From Bryobacterales bacterium (GTDB lineage Bacteria; Acidobacteriota; Terriglobia; Bryobacterales; UBA6623): DNA of 64,000 bases. The notes under the pieces are model-generated. The model saw only the letters and a program-made list of their open reading frames with translations, was not told where the DNA came from and did no database searches. The stretch lies in contig OZ251486.1 in the NCBI GenBank assembly GCA_965242705.1, positions 719,806 to 783,805 on the forward strand. Reading direction: 5' to 3'. Made by a program: the position numbers and the translations under genes. This document shows, in pieces, positions 8,732-18,152 of the stretch. The number at the start of each line of letters is the position of its first letter. Position 1 is the stretch's first letter.

Positions 8732-8801
8732 AAGGCTGCTCCGCCGCACTGAAAACCCGTCTTGCAGCGGTGGAACCCGGCATCCGCGTCCGGCAAACCC
8801 T

Positions 8802-9608
8802 TTGCTAGAATTGAATTTCAGCCCGCCGGCGATGCTCTCTGCGATCCCAGTCAATTCGAAAATTTCATCCAGGGAATTTGCCGCGCAATGCCGCGGCGAA
8901 ATGATTCCGCTGAACCGCTGGCTGTCTTATTTTTCGATTGTCCCGCTGGACGACAGCGACCTGCAAAGGCTCGTTTACGATCCCGCTTCAGCCATGCCCG
9001 CAAAGCTCGCGGAGATTACGCCGCAACTGCGCCTCGTCTTCGTGCCGTTTCTGGAAAAACCGGCCGGCGGCAATGGGGATGAACCCGAGGGGCCGATCAT
9101 TTCCTTCCATGTTCCGGCCAAAGTCGGGCGGGTGCTCTCCGGGCACTTCGACGTCGACGGCGAGACCTTCATCTTCCTTTCGGTCCACGACGAAGAGGTC
9201 ATCGATGCGCATCACGTTCTCTACCGCAAGCTGGCCGAGCTGATCGTCGCCCGCGCGGGCAAGACCTGGTTCGAACCCTTCCACGATCTGGTGCGCGAGG
9301 AAATCCGCGAGGATATCCACGGCGAAATCGACGAACGCGCGTGGCGGCTGAAAAACGAATTGCTGCGCAAGCAGAAGGATACGCGCCGCGAGACCAAGCT
9401 GCTGGCCATGTACCGCCGGCAGGCGCTGGAAGACACGTTGATCCTCTACCTTCACGGCTTGTGCTGCGATATCGATGTCTCCGGCGGCCCCAAATACTTG
9501 GCCAGCGGACGCATCCGCAAGCGGCTGCTGCTGCTGAAGGAGTTTCTGCCGCCGCCCGGCGACGTCGCCCTGTTTCCGGAAGATCTGCCCGCGGCCGTGG
9601 AAGAGTGA
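8802..9608 (+). CDS. hypothetical protein
   Basis: Codon-biased ORF with no recognisable motif. The start is uncertain: TTG 8802, ATG 8832 or ATG about 8901. Its TGA overlaps the GTG of the next gene (GTGA at 9605-9608). Confidence 0.5.
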   Translation: MLELNFSPPAMLSAIPVNSKISSREFAAQCRGEMIPLNRWLSYFSIVPLDDSDLQRLVYDPASAMPAKLAEITPQLRLVFVPFLEKPAGGNGDEPEGPIISFHVPAKVGRVLSGHFDVDGETFIFLSVHDEEVIDAHHVLYRKLAELIVARAGKTWFEPFHDLVREEIREDIHGEIDERAWRLKNELLRKQKDTRRETKLLAMYRRQALEDTLILYLHGLCCDIDVSGGPKYLASGRIRKRLLLLKEFLPPPGDVALFPEDLPAAVEE

Positions 9609-10636
9609 CGCTGCCCGCCATCACCGACGAGAAGCAACTCGACGGCGTTCTCTCGACTCCCGGCCCCGCCGAGACCGCGCTGATGCAACGGCTGCAGGGC
9701 GATATTCTCGTCCTCGGCGCCGGCGGCAAGATGGGTCCCACGCTCGCGCGGCTGGCCAGGCGGGCGGCGGATGCAGCCCCCTCTCCCAGAAGAGTCATCG
9801 CTGTTTCCCGCTTCTCCGATCCAGCAGTCCGCCGCAAGCTCGCATCGTGGAGCGTCGAAACCATCCGCGCGGACCTGCTCGATCGCGAAGCCGTGAATGC
9901 GCTTCCCGACGCCCCGAACGTGGTTTTCATGGCGGGCCGGAAATTCGGTACCGCCGGCAACCGCGCGATGACCTGGGCCGTCAACACCGTCGCCCCGGCG
10001 CTCGCCGCGGAAAAATTCCGCGAGTCCCGCATAGTCGTCTTTTCAACCGGCAACGTTTACCCGCTGAGCGCGGTTGACGGCGGCGGCCCCGATGAGGAAT
10101 CCCCCGTCGGGCCGGTCGGCGAGTACGCACAATCGGCGCTCGCGCGCGAGCGGATGTTCGAGTATTTTTCGCGGCGCAACGGCTCGCCGGTTGCCGTGGC
10201 GCGCCTCAACTACGCCGTCGAGTTGCGCTACGGCGTTCTGCGCGATATCGGCGACAAGGTGTTTCACGGCCGTCCGGTGCATCTTGCCATGGGCTGGGTC
10301 AACGCAATCTGGCAGCGTGACGCGAACGCGGTCGCCTTGCGTTTGCTCGAGCATTGCGCTTCGCCGCCCTTCGTGCTGAACGTGACCGGCCCGGAAACGC
10401 TCTCGGTGCGCAGTCTCGCGCAGCGATTCGCCCAACGCTTTGGGGTCGAAGCGCGTTTCGCGGGGAAGGAAAGCCGCACGGCGCTGCTCAGCAACGCAGG
10501 GCGGTTGGCCGCGTTGCTCGGGCGGCCCGAAACCGCAATCGACGAAGCGGTCGATCGGGTTGCCGACTGGATTCGCTCGGGCGGAACGACTCTCGGCAAA
10601 CCTACGCACTTCGAGGAACGCAGCGGCGATTTCTAG
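9605..10636 (+). CDS. NAD(P)-dependent epimerase/dehydratase family oxidoreductase
   Basis: Rossmann motif ILVLGAGGKMGPTLARLA near the N-terminus and a typical SDR-extended length of 343 aa. The track ORF from 9341 is an over-extension. Confidence 0.75.
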   Translation: MTLPAITDEKQLDGVLSTPGPAETALMQRLQGDILVLGAGGKMGPTLARLARRAADAAPSPRRVIAVSRFSDPAVRRKLASWSVETIRADLLDREAVNALPDAPNVVFMAGRKFGTAGNRAMTWAVNTVAPALAAEKFRESRIVVFSTGNVYPLSAVDGGGPDEESPVGPVGEYAQSALARERMFEYFSRRNGSPVAVARLNYAVELRYGVLRDIGDKVFHGRPVHLAMGWVNAIWQRDANAVALRLLEHCASPPFVLNVTGPETLSVRSLAQRFAQRFGVEARFAGKESRTALLSNAGRLAALLGRPETAIDEAVDRVADWIRSGGTTLGKPTHFEERSGDF

Positions 10637-10875
10637 GCCGCGCTGCGGGATTGTCGCCACGTTCCGCGGCCTACGGCGAGTGGGAGGCAAGGAAAGCTTT
10701 GAACAAATCCGGTCGATTTTCGACTGTGAGAAGTCGAAACAAGTGAAAATTGACGAACATCGGTAAACATCTTTGCATGAAGCTTTCATGTCTTTCGGGG
10801 CTGAACTCCTGCCCGGCAGCAGCCGGCCGGCCCGCTTCTCCTGCCTGCTTGTTCAGAGTTTTCAGAGGCGGCGGG

Positions 10876-11439
10876 TCAGGGCTGGTTGGCTTGGCCGGCG
10901 ACGGAGGCGCGGCAGCGTTGGGCTTCGCCGTGCGCGATGCGCAGCGACGTTTCGAGCCCGACGGCCAGTTGGCGCATGTACCCCTTGAGCGAGGCGATGT
11001 TGCCCACGTTGCGGCCGCGGGCGGAATCCAGCAGATCGGCGACCGCGCCGTTGTAGTAGTTGCGCGCTCCGGCAGCTATTGAGCCGAGCAGCGAATCCGC
11101 GCGGTCGAGCCACAGGAACGTATCGACGGCGTAGGAAAGCCGCTCCGGCTCGCGGCTCAGCGACTGGGCCGAAAGCGCCGCGTTTTCCAGGTCGGCGCGC
11201 AGCGTTGCGAGTTGCTCGATGTATGCCTCGGGAGCGCCGTTTTGCAGCCATTCTTCGGGCCGCAGTTCGGCGAGCAATTTCTGTCCGGTGGCGGCATTCT
11301 TGACGATATCCTCGGCCATTTCGCGGATCTCCCAGGAAGGGGGCGTTCCTTCGTCCTGCGCCGCGCCGATTACCGGAAAAATAAGCGCCGCGCCGACCGC
11401 AAGCCGCACCTTCGACCGAATCGTCATTCTGTAATTCAT
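10876..11439 (-). CDS. hypothetical secreted protein
   Basis: N-terminal signal-like segment VRLAVGAALIFPVIGAAQ, helical Ala/Leu-rich body, no family motif recognised. Confidence 0.55.
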   Translation of the reverse strand: MNYRMTIRSKVRLAVGAALIFPVIGAAQDEGTPPSWEIREMAEDIVKNAATGQKLLAELRPEEWLQNGAPEAYIEQLATLRADLENAALSAQSLSREPERLSYAVDTFLWLDRADSLLGSIAAGARNYYNGAVADLLDSARGRNVGNIASLKGYMRQLAVGLETSLRIAHGEAQRCRASVAGQANQP

Positions 11440-11492
11440 GGTACTCGAGATCGGCGGCGCGTCCCCGTTCGCGGGTTTATCATGAAAAGGCC

Positions 11493-14400
11493 ATGCCGCA
11501 ATCTGGTTTTTGCACCGCCGTGCTGTTCCTGAGCCTCGGCGGGGCTTACGCGCAATCGCCGGAACAGATCGAGTTCTTCGAAAGGAATATCCGTCCGCTC
11601 CTGGCCGAGAAGTGCTACGCCTGCCACGGCGCCGACGCGGCGGCGATGGGCGGTCTTCGGCTCGACTCCAGGGCGGGGGTGCGTCAAGGCGGCAGCCGCG
11701 GCCCCGCCGTCGCGCCGTCCGACCCGGAAGGCAGTCTTTTGATCCGGGCGGTGCGCTACCGTTCCCTCGATCTGCGCATGCCCCCCTCGGGGAAATTGGC
11801 CGACGACGAGATCGCCGATCTCGAGGCTTGGGTGCGCATGGGCGCGCCCGACCCGCGCGGAGGCGGGCAGCCCGAGCAGGCGCCGCAAGAAGAAATCGAC
11901 CTGGAGAGCGGCCGCCGGTTCTGGTCGTTCCAGCCGGTCCGCGACCCCGAGCCGCCGGCGGCGCCCGGCGCGGCGCGCTCGGCGATCGACCGCTTTATCC
12001 TGGCCAAGCTCGCCGCCGAGGGGCTGCGCCCCGCCGCCGAGGCCGACCGCCGCACTCTGCTGCGCCGCGTCACGTTCGATCTGACCGGCCTGCCGCCGAC
12101 GCCGGAAGAAATCGACGCCTTTCTGGCGGACGCGTCGCCGCGGGCGTACGAAAAAGTCGTTGAGCGGCTTCTGGCTTCGCCGCACTACGGCGAGCGCTGG
12201 GGGCGCCATTGGCTCGACCTGGTGCGCTGGGCGGAAACGAACGGACACGAGTTCGACAACAACAAGCTCGACGCTTGGCGCTACCGCGACTATGTAATCG
12301 ACGCATTCAATTCCGATTTGCCCTACGACCGATTTCTCAAGGAGCAGATTGCCGGCGATCTGATGCCCCAACGCTTGGCGGCCGGCGGCGCCCATGCCGT
12401 CAACCCGATCGCCAGCGGCGTTTTCTGGCTTTGGGAAGTGCTCAATTCCCCAACCGATTCGGTCAAGGCCAGAGCCGACCAGATCGACAATCAGATCGAC
12501 GTGATCGCCAAGGCCTCCCAAGGGCTGACCGTCGCCTGCGCGCGCTGCCACGACCACAAATTCGACCCGATTCCGACGGCGGACTACTACTCGTTGTTCG
12601 GCATTTTCCAATCGACGCACATGAGCGAACGGTGCATCGATTCGCCGCAGCGCGCCTCGCGCATTCAGGCCGCCGACAGGATGATTGGCGACATCCAGAA
12701 GGACGTGCGCAGCCATCTGCAGCCTGCGCTCAAGCGCCTTGCGGCAACCGCGGCCGCGCGCTATCTGGCCGCGGCGCCCATGATCGTCTCCAGAGACGCA
12801 TACCCCGAAGCGCGGGTCGGCGTGTGCCCCGTTCCGACCGCCGCCGAGGACGAGGAACCGCGGACGCCGCTTGCCGCGCGGCCTGCCGCGTCAGCCGAGG
12901 CCGCGCCCGGCAGCCCGGAAGCCATGGCCGCCGAGATACAGTACGCGCTGACCGAGCCGAGCCATCCGCTGTTCCTTTTCGCCAGGGTGACCGAGCCCGG
13001 CTCGCCCGATTTCGCCGGCCGTCTCGACCACATGCGACGGGAAATGCGCGAATGGGCCGCCAAGTCCGACCCCGAACACCCGCTATGGGCCGAGCGAGGC
13101 GACGAGATATATGAGGACTTCGAGGCCGGCTACGCCAAGTGGCAGGTATCGGGTGCGGCTTTCGGCGCGGAGCCGGCGCGCTTCGTTCCGCCCAATCTGA
13201 ATCTTGCCGGGCACGCCGGCCAAGCGCTGGCGAGCTCGTTCGGCAACGGCGCGGATACTCTTGTCGGCACGTTGACCACCGAAAAATTCCGCATGCCCGC
13301 GCGCTTCGTTCACGTCAGAATGGCCGGCTCCGAGTACAGCCCGCGAGACAAGGAGAACGCGAAAATCCGCTTCACCGTCGTCGCCGACGAGCACAAATCC
13401 GGCCATGCGACGGCCGACGGCAGCGGCCGCCTGCAATGGCGGAGCATCGCCATGACGAAGGAGTACGACCGTATCTGCTATCTCGAAATCGTTGACCGCG
13501 ACCGCCGCGGCTCGGCGGCCGTAGATCGGATCGTTTTCTCGGAAAGATGCGACCCGCCGCCGATCGCCGGCAAGCCGGATGAGCGCATCCTGGCCTTCCT
13601 CGAAAGCGGAGACATCCGCTCGCCGGCAGACCTCGCGCGGGCCTACCAGCGGCTCGCCGAGGAGTTGGCCGCGGCGAAAGAACGCACGCCCGCCGACGAA
13701 GCATTGCTCGCCTCGCTGCTCGGCTTGCGGCGCCTCGAAGATACGGCGGTTGCCCTCGACGAGCTCGAGACCCGTTGGATCGAGGAAATGTTTTCTTTCC
13801 GTACCCGCGCGGTGGAAAGTATCCCGCTGTCGGCCTTCGCCATGACCAGCATGGACTACAAGCCCGCCGACTCGCCGATCCACGTCCGCGGCAACCACAA
13901 GAACCCGGGCGAAATCGCCCCGCGCCGGTTTCTGCAAGTCGTTTCCGGCGGTGACCGCAAGCCGTTCGCCAACGGGTCGGGACGGCTTGAGCTTGCCGAG
14001 CGAATCGCAAGCGCCGACAATCCGCTCACGGCGCGGGTCATGGTCAACCGCGTCTGGAAACACCATTTCGGCAAGGGCATCGTCGCCACCCCCGACAATT
14101 TCGGCAAGACGGGCGCGCGGCCTACTCATCCCGACTTGCTCGACCATTTGGCAACCCGTTTCATGAGAAGCGGCTGGTCGATCAAAGACTTGCAGCGGGC
14201 AATCGTCCTTTCGAGCACGTACCGGCAGAGCAGCGCGGCGTCCGCCGAGGCGCGGCGGCGCGACCCGGCGAACCGCCGGCTTTCGCACATGCCGGTGCGC
14301 CGGCTGGAAGCCGAAGCGATCCGCGATGCGGTGCTGGCCGTGGCCGGCACGCTCGACCGCAGGGTCGGCGGGCCGAGCGTCATGCCCCACATCAGCGAAT

Positions 14401-14849
14401 TCCAGGATGGGCGCGGCAAGCCCAAGCCGGGCGGGCCGCTCGACGGCAAGGGGCGCCGCAGCGTGTACATCCAGGTGCGGCGCAATTTCCTGACGCCGCT
14501 CCTGCTCGCCTTCGACTACCCGCTGCCGATTTCGACAATCGGACAGCGCGGCGTTTCCGCCGTGCCTTCGCAGGCGCTGATGCTGCTCAACAACGAGTTC
14601 GTCAACGTCCAGGCGGCGCGCTGGGCGCAAAGGGAGATCGAAACCCACGACCGCGCGGAAGATCGTATCGGCGACATGTACTTGAGGGCGTTCGCGCGCA
14701 AGCCGTTGGCGGAAGAAACGGCGCGCATCCGCGGATTCCTTGCCGAGCAGGGCCGCGCCCGCGGCGTTTCCGGCGCGAACGACCCGCGGGTCTGGACCGA
14801 TCTCGCCCATGCCCTGTTCAATACGTCCGAGTTCATCTTTATCCGTTAG
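11493..14849 (+). CDS. PSCyt1/PSCyt2/PSD1 (DUF1549/DUF1553) cytochrome-c domain protein
   Basis: Signal peptide, then FFERNIRPLLAEKCYACHG (heme CxxCH). The middle has HYGERWGRHWLDLVRWAETNGHEFD (DUF1549). The C-terminal part has NRVWKHHFGKGIV (DUF1553). Confidence 0.85.
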   Translation: MPQSGFCTAVLFLSLGGAYAQSPEQIEFFERNIRPLLAEKCYACHGADAAAMGGLRLDSRAGVRQGGSRGPAVAPSDPEGSLLIRAVRYRSLDLRMPPSGKLADDEIADLEAWVRMGAPDPRGGGQPEQAPQEEIDLESGRRFWSFQPVRDPEPPAAPGAARSAIDRFILAKLAAEGLRPAAEADRRTLLRRVTFDLTGLPPTPEEIDAFLADASPRAYEKVVERLLASPHYGERWGRHWLDLVRWAETNGHEFDNNKLDAWRYRDYVIDAFNSDLPYDRFLKEQIAGDLMPQRLAAGGAHAVNPIASGVFWLWEVLNSPTDSVKARADQIDNQIDVIAKASQGLTVACARCHDHKFDPIPTADYYSLFGIFQSTHMSERCIDSPQRASRIQAADRMIGDIQKDVRSHLQPALKRLAATAAARYLAAAPMIVSRDAYPEARVGVCPVPTAAEDEEPRTPLAARPAASAEAAPGSPEAMAAEIQYALTEPSHPLFLFARVTEPGSPDFAGRLDHMRREMREWAAKSDPEHPLWAERGDEIYEDFEAGYAKWQVSGAAFGAEPARFVPPNLNLAGHAGQALASSFGNGADTLVGTLTTEKFRMPARFVHVRMAGSEYSPRDKENAKIRFTVVADEHKSGHATADGSGRLQWRSIAMTKEYDRICYLEIVDRDRRGSAAVDRIVFSERCDPPPIAGKPDERILAFLESGDIRSPADLARAYQRLAEELAAAKERTPADEALLASLLGLRRLEDTAVALDELETRWIEEMFSFRTRAVESIPLSAFAMTSMDYKPADSPIHVRGNHKNPGEIAPRRFLQVVSGGDRKPFANGSGRLELAERIASADNPLTARVMVNRVWKHHFGKGIVATPDNFGKTGARPTHPDLLDHLATRFMRSGWSIKDLQRAIVLSSTYRQSSAASAEARRRDPANRRLSHMPVRRLEAEAIRDAVLAVAGTLDRRVGGPSVMPHISEFQDGRGKPKPGGPLDGKGRRSVYIQVRRNFLTPLLLAFDYPLPISTIGQRGVSAVPSQALMLLNNEFVNVQAARWAQREIETHDRAEDRIGDMYLRAFARKPLAEETARIRGFLAEQGRARGVSGANDPRVWTDLAHALFNTSEFIFIR

Positions 14850-14888
14850 ACTTGTAACGGCGCGCATCCTGCGCAGCGAGAATCGCAC

Positions 14889-15749
14889 ATGTTCCTCCGC
14901 ATGATTTTCCTCGCCGTTCCGGCCGCCGCGGCCGCATTCGCCGGCGAACCGCTCAATCGCCTTACCGAAGCTGAAAAGCTCGCCGGTTGGCAATTGCTTT
15001 TCGACGGCGAGACGACCGCCGGTTGGGAGGGTTTCAACAACACGCCTTTCCCCGCCCAGTCGTGGGCCGTCGATGACGGCGCGCTGCGTACGCTCGCCGA
15101 CCGTTCCGGCGGCGACCTCGTCACCGTCAGTCAGTTCGAAAACTTCGCTCTCGTTTTCGAGTGGAAGCTGGTCAAGGGCGGCAACAGCGGCGTCAAATAC
15201 CTGGTGCAGAAAGCGTGGGCGGGGCCCGGCTACCGTCCGCACCTGAGCCGCGAACGCAAGGCGCGGGCGCTATTGGGCGCGACCGGCCCCGAATACCAGT
15301 TGCTCGACGACTCCGTGCTGAATCGGAAAAAGAAAGGCTGGGAGTATTCGAGCTGCGGGTCTCTCTACCTGCTCTACAAACCCGGCCCCGACAAGCAGGT
15401 CAACCCGCCGGGGCAATGGAACCGCTCGCGCATCGTCGTCCGGGGAACGCACGGCGAACACTGGCTCAACGGCAGGAAGCTGCTCGAATACGAGTTCAAC
15501 TCGCCCGAGATGTTCGCCCGCGTCGAGCAAACCAAGTTCAAGCGTGTGCCGGGTTTTGGCTTCAAGGGCGAGGGGCACATTGCCCTGACCCATCACAATC
15601 ATCCCGTCTGGTACCGCAATATCAAGGTGCGGCCGCTGGAAGGCCCGCGCGCGGCGGACTATCTGCCCGGGCGGCTTTTCGACCCCGACGGACTGATTCC
15701 GCCGCCGCCGAGGCCGCTGCCCCAACCGGGCGACCCGACCGCGCGATAA
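14889..15749 (+). CDS. DUF1080 (3-keto-disaccharide hydrolase-like) family protein
   Basis: Signal peptide. WQLLFDGETTAGWEGF, FENFALVFEWKLVKGGNSGVKY and GHIALTHHNHPVWYRNIKV are hallmark DUF1080 strings. Confidence 0.85.
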   Translation: MFLRMIFLAVPAAAAAFAGEPLNRLTEAEKLAGWQLLFDGETTAGWEGFNNTPFPAQSWAVDDGALRTLADRSGGDLVTVSQFENFALVFEWKLVKGGNSGVKYLVQKAWAGPGYRPHLSRERKARALLGATGPEYQLLDDSVLNRKKKGWEYSSCGSLYLLYKPGPDKQVNPPGQWNRSRIVVRGTHGEHWLNGRKLLEYEFNSPEMFARVEQTKFKRVPGFGFKGEGHIALTHHNHPVWYRNIKVRPLEGPRAADYLPGRLFDPDGLIPPPPRPLPQPGDPTAR

Positions 15750-15768
15750 GCGCTCGGAAGAACGCGCG

Positions 15769-16830
15769 ATGAGGAAACGATTGGCGGCGCCGGCGCTGCT
15801 GGTCTTGGCCGCGGGGCTGCCGGGCGCGGCGCAGCGCCCGGCGCCGAATCCCTACGGCGCGGGGGGAGCATGGGGCAAGTTGCCCGCGGGGCGTTCGTGG
15901 GGATCCACTAGCGCAGTCTATCCCCACCGCGCCCCGGACGGTTCGCTGACCGGAAAAATCTGGGTTGCCGAGCGCTGCGCGGGGAGCCATTGTCGGGAAA
16001 GCGGGCTGGACCCGATCCTGCTGTTCGACGCCGACGGAAACCTCATGCGCAGTTTCGGCGCGGAGATGTTCATCTGGCCGCACGGCATCTTCGCCGATCA
16101 TGAAGGCAATGTTTGGGTCGCCGACGCCGTCGATACGAATTGCGAGACGGGCCGCGAAAACGGCAAAGGCCACCAGGTCCACAAGTTCAGCCCCGACGGC
16201 AAGCTGCTGATGAGCCTCGGCGCGGCGGGCAAGCCCGGCGAGGACGAACGGACGTTCCGCTGCCCTGCCGACGTGCTGGTATCGCCGGACGGCCGTATCT
16301 TTGTCGCCGACGGACACAATCACGGCCATGGCGGCAACAACCGCATCGTCAAGTTCACCGGCGGCGGCAAATTCGCCGCCGCTTGGGGCAGGGCGGGAGA
16401 CGGGCCGGGGGAGTTCCGCGGCCTGCACGCCCTGGCCATGGACTCGCAAGGCCGCATTTTCGCGGGCGACCGCGCGAACCGCAGGATCCAGATTATGGAT
16501 CAGGACGGCAATCACTTGGCCGCCTGGACGCAGTTCGGTTCGCCGAGCGGAATATATATCGACGAGAACGACACGATCTACGTCGCGGATTCCGACTCGG
16601 GGTACGACCCCGACGGAAGCGGTTCGCCGCGCAACCCGGGTTTCGATCGCGGCATCTACATCGGCGACGCGCGGACGGGGAAAGTCGAGGCGTTCATCCC
16701 CGACCCGAAACCCGACCTGCGCAAGGTCACCAGCGGAGCCGAGGGCGTCGCCGCCTACGGCAACCGCGTCTTCGGCGCGCAGGTCGGCGGTTCGCGGGGC
16801 GTGCTGCTGTACTTGAAAACTGGGCGGTAA
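15769..16830 (+). CDS. NHL-repeat beta-propeller protein (peptidyl-alpha-hydroxyglycine lyase-like)
   Basis: Repeated units such as PHGIFADHEGNVWVAD, PADVLVSPDGRIFVADG, LHALAMDSQGRIFAGD and PSGIYIDENDTIYVADS, plus a signal peptide. Confidence 0.8.
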   Translation: MRKRLAAPALLVLAAGLPGAAQRPAPNPYGAGGAWGKLPAGRSWGSTSAVYPHRAPDGSLTGKIWVAERCAGSHCRESGLDPILLFDADGNLMRSFGAEMFIWPHGIFADHEGNVWVADAVDTNCETGRENGKGHQVHKFSPDGKLLMSLGAAGKPGEDERTFRCPADVLVSPDGRIFVADGHNHGHGGNNRIVKFTGGGKFAAAWGRAGDGPGEFRGLHALAMDSQGRIFAGDRANRRIQIMDQDGNHLAAWTQFGSPSGIYIDENDTIYVADSDSGYDPDGSGSPRNPGFDRGIYIGDARTGKVEAFIPDPKPDLRKVTSGAEGVAAYGNRVFGAQVGGSRGVLLYLKTGR

Positions 16831-16916
16831 GCCGGGGCGGCTTTAGCGATCATGCCGCGCATACCAGGAGCCGGCCGGGAATTACGCGAATCCCCATTGC
16901 AGCGACTTGGGCGCAG

Positions 16917-18152
16917 CTAGAATCCGATACGGGCGCTCCGTTTGTCGGACGCACTTCCTTTGTCCCGCATGTTTTTGATGGCCCGCGAAATCGCAAGCCC
17001 TGCCGACGAAACCACCAATACTTCCGATGGTATATCCGCTTCGAGCAGCGAGGATCGATCTTCTTCGATTGCAACGACAATCATGCGCCGCGCGTTCTTT
17101 GTCTTTGCGGCCTTCAGTAAGGCGGCTGCTGCCTGTCTCAACGTCTCCCCATGCCTCTGCACGCGGATCGGAATCGGCGCTCCCTCGTATGTTTCCGTCA
17201 GGAAAGCGTCAATTCCGTTGTTTCTTTGAACCGGTATGTGCGGACTACCGGCAAGCACCGAGAGCGCATCTACGTTTGCATTTCTGTATGACTCGGCGCC
17301 TTTTTTCATAAGACCGGACTCGGTTTTCACAGGATCGGTCAGCCTGCGGCGCGCAAGTTTTACGGCCTCCTCGGAAACATCTATGCCCTTGGCAAGCCTG
17401 CCGAGCAGCCCAGCGGCAACGAGAGTTGTTCCGCTGCCGCAGAACGGGTCGAGCACCACGTCGCCTTCGTCGGTTACAAGACGGACGATCCGTTCCAGAA
17501 GCAACACGGGTTTCTGTGTCGGGTATCCGATCCTTTCTTTTGCTTTGGGATTTAGAAAGGGAATTTCCCATACATCGCTTAGCGGAACGCCGCGTTTGCT
17601 TCCGGCATATAATATCTTTCCGTCGCGGTCTCGGGCATACACCGATTTATTGGCGGCGTCTCGGCTGCGCCGCTGCAAAATCTGATCCACGTTGGTAGTT
17701 GGAGAGTAGTCGGTCAGAATCGTGTTGAATTTGAAATCGCGGCTCTTGGAATAAAAAAGGATTGTTTGATGGGCGGGGAGAAGTTTCCGGGCGGAATTTG
17801 ACCACCGTTTGTAGCTCCAAATGATTTCCGACTGGAAGTTTCCTACGCCGAATATATCGTCAAGAATAGATCTGGCTACATGGGAGACTGTTCTGTCGCA
17901 GTGAAAAAAAATGGAGGCGGTCGATTTGAGTATCCGGTGCAGTTCAACTATGCGTTCACTCAGGAAAAGGCTGTAATGCGAAAGCGATTCCCATCGGTCT
18001 TCGAAAGAAAATTCCATTGTTCGGTCCCGCGTTGTCAAACTCTGCTTGCGTTGCGTAAAAAACGGCGGGTCGAGATAGACCAGATCGACCGTAGCGTCCG
18101 CCCATCGGCGAAGGATATCCAAACAATCCCCGTGATGTACTTCAGTGTCCAT
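16917..18152 (-). CDS. site-specific DNA methyltransferase, beta-class amino-MTase (probably N6-adenine), with a 140-aa C-terminal extension
   Basis: Motif IV LVYLDPPFF comes before motif I VVLDPFCGSGTT, which is the beta-class order. I prefer the MDTEVHHGDC start at 18152 to the track start at 18206. Low-GC gene (26/60 G+C at 17701-17760). Confidence 0.9.
   Translation of the reverse strand: MDTEVHHGDCLDILRRWADATVDLVYLDPPFFTQRKQSLTTRDRTMEFSFEDRWESLSHYSLFLSERIVELHRILKSTASIFFHCDRTVSHVARSILDDIFGVGNFQSEIIWSYKRWSNSARKLLPAHQTILFYSKSRDFKFNTILTDYSPTTNVDQILQRRSRDAANKSVYARDRDGKILYAGSKRGVPLSDVWEIPFLNPKAKERIGYPTQKPVLLLERIVRLVTDEGDVVLDPFCGSGTTLVAAGLLGRLAKGIDVSEEAVKLARRRLTDPVKTESGLMKKGAESYRNANVDALSVLAGSPHIPVQRNNGIDAFLTETYEGAPIPIRVQRHGETLRQAAAALLKAAKTKNARRMIVVAIEEDRSSLLEADIPSEVLVVSSAGLAISRAIKNMRDKGSASDKRSARIGF

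Noticed and set aside
13083-15242. 719-aa minus-strand ORF. Other very long ORFs of the same kind: 38037..40550 (-), 21616..23946 (+), 61176..63176 (+), 44622..46622 (+), 28334..30358 (+), 49922..52111 (+), 23909..25651 (-) and 11436..12716 (-).
   Set aside because: All lie antisense to genes with clear family signatures. They are Arg/Ala/Gly/Pro-rich and low in complexity, and they have no motifs. These are the shadow ORFs expected in about 70% GC DNA, where stop codons are rare.
16831-16916. Possible att-type direct repeat of the tRNA-Ser 3' end at the far edge of the R-M islet (GGGAATTACGCGAATCCCC against GGGATTCGAACCC).
   Set aside because: The resemblance is only loose and gapped, and no integrase is present. 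It looks more like a small imperfect hairpin after the methylase stop. I cannot claim a defined integration scar.
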